From: Camelus dromedarius
Lineage: Eukaryota
Assembly: GCF_036321535.1 (NCBI RefSeq)
Contig: NC_087437.1
Coordinates: 105,464,001 to 105,528,000, forward strand
Reading direction: 5' to 3'
DNA: 64,000 nucleotides
Part shown: piece by piece, positions 53,291 to 64,000 of the stretch
How the letters are laid out: the number at the start of each line of letters is the position of its first letter
Numbering within the stretch: the first letter of the stretch is position 1
Translations under genes and position numbers: made by a program
The notes under the pieces: generated by a model
The model's input: the letters and a program-made list of their open reading frames with translations, nothing else
What the model was told of the DNA's origin: nothing
The model's database searches: none

Positions 53291-54261
53291 AGGAAATTCT
53301 ACACTGGATCAAGAGACAGATATCTAGAGTTTGAGATCACATAATGCCCGGTTCAGGACTCCCTTCCATGAAATCATATGGCTCACTGGTTTTCCAGACA
53401 TTTTTCTCTCACTCGCTATAGTATTTCACTCAAAGAAAAAGCCTTTTCAAGTACTCCATTTTTCTTTTTTTGGAGGGGGGGGAGCTGAAACATTTTCACA
53501 TTTTATTATGAAAAGAAAAATAAAGTTGAAAATAGTCTGTACATAAGAGAATTGGCTCTGAACTTACTCTAGTGCCTTTAATGAAAGTATTTTCTTGATT
53601 GAAGTTACTATGGTGGCCTCTGGAGAAGAGTCCATTGGAAGTATCAACAATTTGGAATCAATTTTCAAATGATAAATGCAATCTATACATGCTAAAAGAT
53701 AATAACAGATAATGACATCTTTTCAGAGATACATTCTTCAGTATATCAGTGACATGTTTTGGAAACAGATATGAACAAAATTGATTAATTTACACTGGTG
53801 TGTACTAAGAATGAATTTTGGGGGGGGCATACAAAGTTTATTCTAGGAAGAGCAACTCATTGAAAGACAAAACCATATTAAAATTTACATATATGTACTG
53901 TTCATAGTTTCTAAGAACAGTTTAGATCTTTAGCTTTTTAAACTTGCATAGTTATCGCAGGAATAATGTGTTGGCAGCATAGTGGTGAGCACAGCTGCCT
54001 TCCAAATACTCCATCTTTCAATAGAGCTAAGCACCTTCCCCTATCCATTATCTTTTCCTAGATGGGGTTGGCCTAATAGTAAGGTTTGGACCAACTCATT
54101 GCAGATTAGAATGAGGGACTCTTGTCTAGATCACTGTGAATTTAGATTTCTTCACCTTATTATAAATAACTTTTAGAAGATGATATTAATGCTTTCAGGA
54201 ACAATATTTTGGTTTAAACTCTAGTATGTAGTGTGCAAAAAGAGTCATGATAAGGTCAAGG

Positions 54262-54805
54262 TGTTAGGTAGTTAGATAAGTGGGAGCACTTGGCAGATAA
54301 GGTGGAGGAGGGGGGGATGGTCTGCAAGATGGTGTTATGCCCGCCTCCAGCATAAAGGGACTTCACTTCCTCTAAATAAGTGCCAGCAAGAAATGGGTTA
54401 GAACCTGAGGGCTGCAACTGCGTGGTAACAACAAGGACCTAACTGGACATGACCCAATGCTTGCTGTAATATAATTAACATTGTGATTTAGGTCCTCCGT
54501 GGAGTTTTCTATGTACAACATGGGTGAGGACATGTGCAAAAGGGGACTGGCATGACTAAGCACTCCAGGGACTAGAGCCATCAATCAATCAAGAGACCAC
54601 CTCTAAACGAGGGTGTAAGAGAAGGGCAAACAAATACCACTGCTCTCCTCCGCTGGATCAGCCCACCTCCCATTCTTGGAGGTGTACTTTTGCTCTACTA
54701 AGTAAATTTTCAAAATCTTTTGCAATACATTTCCGTCTCCTGTCTGAATTTTCTTTTGAGTAAGTCAAGTACTGGGATCTTTTTCCTTCCCCTTTTCAGG
54801 TAACA
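54262..54805 (+). mobile_element. ERV1 solo LTR, full length
   Basis: TGTTAGG...CAGGTAACA termini, imperfect 4-bp TSD AAGG/AAAG, and U5-like gaattttcttttgagtaagtcaag. Confidence 0.85.
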
Positions 54806-56811
54806 AAAGAATGTGTAAATTGCCCCAATACGCTACTTGAAAATTAAACAAATGTCCACTAAAGCATGTTAAAATCTAAAAATATCTTAATTGTATTTAC
54901 CATATTTTTCTAGATTTTACACTGAAAATCCTGTTGACTAGCTAAGAATTTAATCTTTGACCATTGTCTAAATCCAATCATCTATATGATCTATATGACA
55001 TGTATGTGTGTCAACATGATTTTAAAACAACTTAAATAAAAATAGTGTTCACTTTGAAGAAGTTCTGAAATTAAGCAGCATGTTCTTATATTCAATATAT
55101 TGAAATTTATTTCCACTCAATATTTCCCAGGAATTGAAATTCAAAAACATATGTAAATCTATTATATATACATATATACATATACTTATATATGTATATA
55201 TATTTTCCATTTGTGAAGACACACTGCCCTCTTTCGAACAAAAGTAGTTAAATTTCAGGGGAAAAGGTTTCCCTACAAAGCAAAATTAGAACACACAGAA
55301 TGAAATCAGGAGGGGATAACAAACAAGCCAGATTACCTCTCCCTTTTTACAAAGTTTTAAAGAATGATTGCTGTATTGGATTTTAATTTCTTAAAGCCAA
55401 ACTTTATTTTGTAGATGTGTTTCTGTTTATTTAATTTCATGGATGCATTTGAACACACTTTGCTGTTTAGAGAATTTTTATACACATGCAAACCTTTGTC
55501 TTAAATATATCTAATAATTATAGTAATTAATATAAAATTCTCATATTTTCTACAGAACCTCTGTAGTTTATCTGAAGTTGTTTATAAGCACATCACTATT
55601 TGCTATTATCCACCTCTAAGAACTCTTTGTCCTTAACAAATATGTGCCCATAGTTTAGCAACAAGGCCACTGCAATAAACTTGTCATTGGGAGGTACTTT
55701 GTGTGTATACAAGTTTATGAGATGGTCTCTGTGGTACAAGGCTACTGCAAGTTTATTTCTTGACTGCTACAACTACATTAATTTTTTCTCTTATTTTGTA
55801 ATCTCTGGAAATTCTAAATTGAAAGATTAAGTATATACTACCAAATAAATGTGGAAATTTCATAATTGTTAAGGTCTCTTTTTACAGAAAGACTGAGAGT
55901 GACAGGCTAAAGCCTCATCTCCCATTAAATATTGATGTTACAGAAATTTTAATCACTGATTCTTGAATGAAAGTAGATGTGTGCAGAATGGAGTAATACT
56001 GTAATAAAACTGCTGCAATTATTATCTTAAATAGACATTCTACTGACTAAAGTTAATTTTGAAGATACTTTTATTATTCACATTCACTAAGCCTGATTCT
56101 CCTTCTGTGACCCACAAGTTCACTCCTTTCGGAAGAGTGGGCCAAAAGTTTTTCTTCTGTGTTCTGTATTTTGACCTCCCCCAAAATGGACAGTCAGATA
56201 AGCACATCCTCTGTTATGGTCAAATGTGAATGATTTAGTAATGATTTAATATGATAGCTAATAATTTAAAAAGTTTCACTGATAAGAAGAATAGACATAT
56301 GATTGAACGTATATGAATTATCACCACTTCTATTGAAAAGGAACAGGTACCTTTAGTTCCTGGACAAGGTGGTAAAGAGAATCACCAATGAGTTGACAAT
56401 TTCAACAGGTACCTTTATAATAGAAAGAGGATGGAGTAAAAGAATGAAGCTAACCAAGAAAGTAGCAACTTAATATAATTAAAAAGGTACAGAGGAGGCA
56501 ATGGGAATGCAGAGGCTCCATGTTCAGAGTTCACAGATACAAACAGGAACTGGGGTAGAAAATAGGGTGTTTATCATATCCCCACTTTCAAGAATAGAAC
56601 AGAACTTACTCAGTACATGTTCTACTGCACCTTACCCATACCTCTAGGAAAAATAAAATTTTAAGAATCTAACAACAACAAAAACTTAAGTGTTCATAAT
56701 TTAACGCATGTACTATCTAAAGAGAAAAAAAATAGTCTCTCCTGATAGACTAGAGATTCTCCAAAGGTGTATTAGACTTCTTAAAAAATGATAATCAAGA
56801 AAATTCCTAGA

Positions 56812-57178
56812 TGTCTTAGTCCATTCATGCTGTTGAACAAAATGCCATAAACTGGGTGGCTTATAGAGAACAGAATTTATTTCTCACAGTTTGATGGCTG
56901 GAATCCCAAAATCAGGGTGCCCCCATGGTCAGGTTCTGTGTCTGATGAGAACATGCTACCTGTTCATAGATGGCTGTCTTTTCACCATGACGTCACATGG
57001 GGGATGGGACAAAGAAGCTTTCTCATGTCTCTTGTGTCTGGGCACTAACCTCATTCATGAGGGCTTCACCCTCGTGACCTAATCACCTCTGAAAGGTTTT
57101 ACCTCCTAATACCATCATCTTGGGGGTGATGTTATAAAATATGAATTCGGAGGGGACGCAAATATTTTGTCCATAGAG
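56812..57178 (-). mobile_element. MaLR solo LTR (MLT1A-like)
   Basis: tgtcttagtccattc...ataaactgggtggctta...gacctaatcacctc...ctcctaataccatca. TSD CTAGA/CTAGG. Confidence 0.9.
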
Positions 57179-58068
57179 CTAGGCTTAAATGGATATTGTA
57201 GACATGAATACCATTTTTTCCCTGAGATTCTAACTTGTCACTTTAATAAGTTCCCTATCACTACCTCCTCCATCAAAAGAACCAAGTAGAAACAATTTAT
57301 TGATAAGACTAGATCATTTAAAACTTTAATTCAGTTCAACAACTTTTGTAGGAAAATGAATCAATTTCTTGCTTTTTGAAAGAGATTAATAGAGACTCAA
57401 ATATGTAATCTCACTTATGGAAGGGCTTAGATTGGCTAGCTGTTGTGAAAACTTTTTTTCCCCCCGGATTGACATATGTCTCTTTAAGATTCTACTTTTT
57501 TTTACTACCAGAAAGTCTGGGTCTATTTGCCTCAGACTAACACTCATGCATTTTAGGAACATTAATCAAAGTCTTGTCTGTGCAAGAGATAATTCTGTAA
57601 CTCATCACAGCCGGACATTTTGACTCAGACGCAGTCTCCAGAATGAAGTCATCATTTTTTATTCAAGCACTATAGGTGGAGAAATCACTGACTCATTGGT
57701 TATGTAAACAATCAGAGCAGTGCTCCCCATGGTGGGAATTACACAAATAGGAAAACATGTAAGAAACTTATCATTAATTCTGGAAGAAGTTATAACAAAT
57801 CCCAACTCTGTGCTACACGGAATACAGATCAGCCCCAACTCATTGATATGAGTATTGATGGATAGTCCTGTTTCTCTAGATTTCTTGTTGGCTGCTCATG
57901 GTGGCATTTGTGCCGTTGTTAGTATTTCATGCTGTACACGGGAGAACAGTGATGAATTAGTAAAATAAGCTATACATTATATTTACAAAAAAAGGTTACT
58001 TGACTCCCCACAATTGATCGTCAGTGCCTGTGGGACTTGTTTTCCTGGCCTAGATTGGAAAAGGGGTT

Positions 58069-58458
58069 TGTTTTAGTCATTTTGGGATGCTACAACAAAA
58101 ATATCATAGATTGAATGAGTAAAACAACATTTTTTTTCTTACAGTTACAGGGGCTGGGAAGTCCAAGATCTGGATGCCAGAAGATTTGGTGTCTGGTGAG
58201 AGTCTTTTTCCTGAATTGTAGATAACTTCCTTCTTGCTGTAATATCACATGGCTGAGAGAGAGAAAGAGACAGAGAATGAATCATTTATCTGTGTCTCTT
58301 ATAAAGGCTCCACTCTCATGACCTGTTTACCACCATGAGGGCTCCATTCTCAAGATAGAATTCCCTCCCAAAGGCCCCTCCTACAAATACCAGCATATTA
58401 GGGATAAGGCTTTAATATATGAATTTAGGGGAAGAATCCAACCTTGTAGTCTACAGCA
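58069..58458 (-). mobile_element. MaLR solo LTR (MLT1A-like)
   Basis: tgttttagtc...ggctgggaagtccaagatc...ctcccaaaggcccc...ctacagca. Perfect 5-bp TSD GGGTT (58064-58068 and 58459-58463). Confidence 0.92.
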
Positions 58459-58741
58459 GGGTTTCTGGTTCCAAATTATCTTTAAAGGACTATTCATTAT
58501 TCCTGTTTTTGCCATAGTGATCATGGTGCGAGTCTACTGTCTTCCACCTGGAGCCTTAAATGCTTCTGTGTAGCTACTCTCTTATTGGATAATCACTACA
58601 ATAACACAATACGTCTGAGAAGAGCTACTGATACAATTACCATGGAGACAACTGACTGATTTTCAAGCAAAGATCTGATTCTCTAACCTATTAATTGAAG
58701 GTAAACTTCTCACAACTGAGAGAATAAATAAAAAGGGAGAC

Positions 58742-59202
58742 TGAGAGACTGAATATACAAATAGACAATGACCAAGCCATATATGAGAATAAATCTCTGA
58801 TTTAAAACGTCCGTAGCAACAAGCCCAGGAATCAAAACTCCATCCTCTGTGGGATGTAGCACAGCACAGAAGGGTCAAGAACTTGTCTATGTCTGTCAGC
58901 TTCCCTATTTTCATTTACACTTTCAACTCAGCACTGAGCCTAGAAAGTCAAATATGCTTCCCAAATTAATCACAGAAGATATCCAGCTTCACATCAGTCC
59001 TCCTCCTACATCCCCAGGCCAACAACTTACAATCAGAGCATGTGTGGACATTTCCCTTGCTTTTACTGTAAAGCTTTCCTACTCCTTCATTTGCCTTTGA
59101 GTCTCTGCTAAATGCAAGTGATGGTGGCTGATTCCCTCACTATGTGAAGCTCTGAATAAATGGCCAATGTCTGTTCTCAGTTGGGTGGTCTTCATATACC
59201 CA
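58742..59202 (+). mobile_element. Ancient eutherian ERV solo LTR
   Basis: gagtctctgctaaatgcaagtgatggtggctgattccct...gctctgaataaa...tgggtggtcttcat R/U5 signature with AATAAA at ~59155-59160. Family not assigned. Confidence 0.75.
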
Positions 59203-59409
59203 AATCTGCATCCAATAGTGTCTCTCTCTGATCTATTCTTCTCTAGACGACAATTATATTCTTTTTAAACAGTAGTCCCTTGTCACTGTCTCACCCTTGC
59301 AGGACACCCTGCTCAAACGTTCGGAGGAAAGTCCTACACCATATCCTACTCACTTTAGAGGACTCAATTCACTGCTTGAGCACAAGTCACATAAGTAATG
59401 GGTAGCTAC

Positions 59410-59600
59410 ATTATTTCTGGGGCCAAGACCCTAACACTGTGTGAAGTGACTTAATTCATTTATGCTTTATTTTGCCCACATTGGGAATAATTATTCTACT
59501 TACCTCATAGTGTTATGGAGAGATTTAAATAAAATATATTTGGAAAGGGTTTAACAAGGATATCAAATGCAAAGAAGTCTCAATAAAAGGTAGCTATTAT
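59410..59600 (+). mobile_element. MIR SINE
   Basis: aagtgacttaa...tacctcatagtgttatggagagattt...ctcaataaaaggtagctattatt. Confidence 0.7.
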
Positions 59601-61912
59601 TGTAAGATATTATTATCAAGGCTATAAAGTCTGATACCAGATATCCAACATTATTATAGAGGCCTCTTTTCCAGTTTAATGTATTGAATGTCATCATTTC
59701 ATAAGTTAACTTATTTTTATATAAAATACTATGATACAAAATCCTCTTATCATTCAAAACTTTTCTACCTGAATTAAACATGTGTAGCTAATGATCAATA
59801 TTTGAAAGAATAAAAATAATTCAAAATTATGCAGTTACAAAGTTTAAGTTTTCATGTTGTGCTATTTATACAAAAGCCTCTTGAAATTTACATGTGGTTT
59901 TTGGCTCAGTGACTTAAGTTTCAATATAACTCCGGAAAACTTTTTTTAACCCACCATATAATGTTTTTTTTTTCCACCTAGCCAATCCAAAATCCAGAGT
60001 GACTCTATCAATACACACAAAAATAGATACTTGCTTTATATTACCATCCCCAAGCACTTTTGTTGGTGTGAAGTGATATAACTTGCTTCTGTCTGTCACC
60101 TGGAAACATTGGTTACTTCCAACTGCCATCATTCTTCCTGTAAACAGAGTTACATATCATAGCACTTTCTAAAAAAGGATCTATTTTGCACATGAATATA
60201 AAATTGTACAAATGTTGAATGCAATAAGAGAATATAAAGAGACAAGTAGAACTCAGAAACTTTCCTATGCAGAATTTTCTTGATCTAAAATACAAAACAA
60301 ATAATGCCAAGTTTTATACCATTTTACTTTATGTTTCTACCCAAGATGGCAAGCTCAGAAACTGAAAGACAGGAAGGAAAATGATTTTTATATTCAGTTA
60401 TAGCAAATAGGGTTATCTTTGACAATTTAACTACAAAATTTATAATAACTACATTTTCAAGAGACTAGGTGTAGTTTTCTGTGGTATTAACATAATTTAT
60501 TAGACAGAGTTTACAGACTATTCGAAATTTGACATGGAAGGGTGTCCTAAAAAGCATTCTGAAGTAGTTGAAACCAAAATATGTCCACTTAGATTTTTAT
60601 TTTTGCTTTAACAGGTTTCTTGTGGTAATGAAAAAAATTATGTGATACACATAATCTATATATTAGGGACTTAAGTAGGAAACTAATAGTATCTTTCCAG
60701 TACTATTACTGTCCTACAATATCTCAAAAATTTATTGCTTAGTCATGTGAATGTTATTTTTCACACACTCACACAAACCCTGATAGTTTTATTAGTGGTT
60801 TGTTGATTTTGCTCTTATAAAAATACCAGAAAACACTGTGCTATAAAATTTTGGAAAATGGCTCACTCAATGCAAGTGGAGAATGTTGTAGTGTAGATTT
60901 TCTAATCCCCAAGATTTGTAGCTACAATCTCCTGTTTCATGCTTGGGAAAATTATACTCATTTTACTATTTAAAGCTTACCTGAATATAACACAATAAAT
61001 AAAGTTCTGTCCAAGTGGTGAGTACTATATTTTTCAAATACTAATAAAATAAATTCTCACACCACATATATCTCATTCATGCCATCTAATAAATTCATAT
61101 TTACATTTATTCTATTTGGTTTAGAATTAACATTTCTTATAATTTCAATTCTTCTTATTCTTCTTTAAATAATGTAGATTTGTAATCTTCTAAATGGGTC
61201 CTCCTGCTTTAAACTATGCTCACCTCTTTATTCTCAAAAAATTAAGTCCATCTGAAAAGTCAATATTTATGTCATAATATTCTGCAATGCTGTTTGTGAA
61301 ATATTTTTAAGTTTTCTGTTCATGAGCTTTGTTGAGAATGATTTTGAAAAGATTGCAAGTTATACTGTTCACATTTATTTTTGGGGAATTGTAAAGTATA
61401 ATTCCCAAAGTACAGGTAAGTAATTTTTGTTATTGTTAATTAGTGTAATTTTTATGATATCAGTAAAATTGTGCATCATAAAACCTGGACACAGAATTTT
61501 GCCAAAAATGCAATCCTTACTTTAAAAAATTATTGATCTTTTAAAATCAATAAAAATGTGATTATTGATTACCTTGAGTCTAAATCATAAAGCACAATTA
61601 ATTTTCGGTGGTGTGAATGTTAAAACCATTAGATTTAGTCTAATATTTAACTATATTGAAATTCTATAAACTTGCACTAAATACTGGATTCAGTATTCTT
61701 GAAAACACTTTGTTGGGGTAATATTTTAATTTTTAAACCTCATATTAACTCTAATGAGTCTAGATATAGTCTAATAAATGCTACAGATAAATGTATTGTT
61801 ATCATATAAAATCATAAATGATGACAAATTAAAATATAGTTTTCTAGGTTATTTATTAAAATCAGATTTTAGAGAATGTGAATATCTCAAGTTCTTACAA
61901 TAAATCTCACAC

Positions 61913-62365
61913 TGTTACGGAAACGACAGGCCAGTCAAGAAACAAGCACCACTCGGAGGGTTGGAGTACTCAGATGTATTACGCCGGCGGGCTCAGAGGG
62001 GCTTCTGCTCCAAAGCTCTGAGCACCTCCAAGATGTGCACATGAGGTTTTATAGGGTAAAGTACAAGCTTGGGGTATTCAGCCAATAGGCATGGAACAGC
62101 TTTAGCAGCATTATCATCACAAAAGTGGAGGCGGGGAGGCAGCAAACCAACATTCCAAAGCCAGATATGTATCTTTGAAAATCCAGCTGGCTAGCAAAAA
62201 CACATAAACAGCAAACCAACACTAATTAACCTAGATTTACAAGTTAGTCTAGCAGAACTCAGATCAGTATTCCAATACTTAGACTTGTTAGCCCAGCCCA
62301 GCCTCTCCTTCACATTCCTAGACTTATGAGATATCTTGTCAGACCAGCCCGGTTTTTCCTTCACA
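61913..62365 (-). mobile_element. Young full-length ERV1-type solo LTR (453 bp)
   Basis: Minus strand reads TGTGAAGG...CCGTAACA. Perfect 4-bp TSD ACAC (61909-61912 and 62366-62369). TATAAAA at 62047-62053 (minus), CCAAT at 62082-62086, GC box at ~62127-62139, CpGs retained. Confidence 0.92.
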
Positions 62366-62760
62366 ACACTTGGGATTAGCAGCAATGATTCTGATAGCTT
62401 ATACTGAATGAATAATTGTATGATAAGTAAGCTGCAGTTTTTTGTTTGAATACAGAAGCTAATGATTCCACAAAAAATCGTTTCATATTAAAACAATATT
62501 GAAAGAAAGTCTTGAATGTTTTTGGACCAGCCATAGTGGTTAATTTATAGAAATTTAAGCATTGATGGGATGCCTTTAACTTAGCTATGTGCTTTACTTT
62601 GTTTTTTGTAGTCTATGTACTCTTTGTAATCATTCCTATTGACATTTTCCCTTGAAAAAGAAACTAAAAAATATGTGAGATATTTAAGCAGAGAACATGA
62701 TCTGTATATTTTCATATGAAGCCAGCAGTGTCGTAATGTAATTTCCCTCATACTAATGTT

Positions 62761-63053
62761 TTTTTAATTTCAGTAATTTTTTTTTTAGTTGAGGTATAGT
62801 CAATTTACATTGTATCAATTTCTGGGGTACAGCATAGTGTTTCAGTCCTATATATACATACATATATTCCTTTTCATATTATTTTTCATTTTCATTATAG
62901 ATTATTAGAAGATACTGAATATAGTTTCCTGTACTATGCAGTATGAACTTGTTGTTTATCTATTTTATATATAGTAGTTATTACCTGCAAATCTTGAACT
63001 CCTGGTTTATCCCTTCCCACCCACTTCTTCCCAGTAAACATGTCTGTTTTCTG
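62761..63053 (-). mobile_element. LINE-1 3'-end insertion
   Basis: Poly-T plus ttgaggtatagtcaatttaca...gatactgaatatagtttcctgt...tttatcccttccc. Degenerate TSD tcatact(a/t)at(g/t)tt at 62748-62760 and 63054-63066. Confidence 0.85.
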
Positions 63054-64000
63054 TCATACTTATTTTGATATATCAATCATCTAGAATTTTCTATACAAAT
63101 AATTATTAGGTCTTCAGGATGGTGATAATGTTTTATGTTTTTGAACCATAACACAACATTTTTTGAAAACATACCTGGACAAATCTAAAATGCAAATTAG
63201 AAAATCAGTATGAAAATGTTCAAGTCCTAGAAATTGAGTTTATGGTTAGCTTGTCCAGAATAATTATTCCAGAAAGTCTTATAGGAGTTACTAAAATATG
63301 CTTTACTAGAACAAACATCATATTCTTCTTTACACTCATGGTTATCATTTATACTTTCAGGAAGCTATTTAATCTACGGGAGTTAGCTTGCTCATCTATA
63401 AGCCTCCAATTTCTATTAAATAAACTAACCCGTGCAAACTCCCTATTCCGATGACTGACCCACAAAGAACATTCAGTACTTATTAACCATTATTAAAATT
63501 ACTCTGCTCATTTGCAATTTAAAATATTCTGAGGCCCGCCTATAATAAAGTCAATTTTGCCTTCATTTTCCTTCCACCATCCTGCCTATACTTCTACTGC
63601 AAAATTCTCAAAATGGCATCATACTCTGAGATTATTCTGAACTCTGTGATATTCATCGTTCCACTCCTAAAGTTGTCAGGCTTTTTTCTCCTCTGAGTTA
63701 ACTCTTAATGAAGATTCCCAGCAGACTGTTAAGGTAGCAATTACAGCAGAATTTCTGAGCTGCAGAGCTGAGTTGAAAAGCAAATTCTGCCTTAATCAAA
63801 GCCCCATCTAGAAAGTGAAAGCAAAGGAAAATTCAGTAGCTACACAGGCTGATTATCTGTAATGAAAATAATGCTGCTCTTACAGCCCTGACAACACCTA
63901 TTCTCAAGTAGTCATGTTGAGGGGAAAATACCCATTCTTAGTTTCATGTATCTGTTCTGTCCTTGAAGTGTGAGCTCTGTTTTATTTTGGCTAAGAAGAG

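Overview
This is an AT-rich, CpG-poor mammalian non-coding window, either a large intron or gene desert. I found no protein-coding gene, RNA gene, CRISPR array or prokaryotic feature, and the listed ORFs are short chance ORFs or repeat-derived. The sequence is dominated by interspersed repeats: about 15 LINE-1 fragments (several with readable target-site duplications, TSDs), about 16 solo LTRs (ERV1-like and MaLR MLT1), L2/MIR relics, a MER63-like hAT transposon, MER5A and microsatellites. The youngest L1 3' ends resemble camelid L1 tails as I recall them. No Alu, B1/B2, Bov-tA/BovB, PRE-1 or CanSINE copies were seen, so a camelid source is my best guess (inference). Family names come from recalled consensus motifs, not from a database search. 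The most notable structures are: (1) two independently inserted, same-family MER41-like LTRs arranged head-to-head 362 bp apart, one carrying a GAS/STAT motif created at a tandem-duplication junction; (2) a perfect palindromic RFX X-box in unique DNA; (3) a young, intact solo LTR; (4) an LTR nested in a DNA transposon; (5) a minus-strand bias of L1s suggesting a plus-strand host transcript. I cannot support a claim of a new biological system here.
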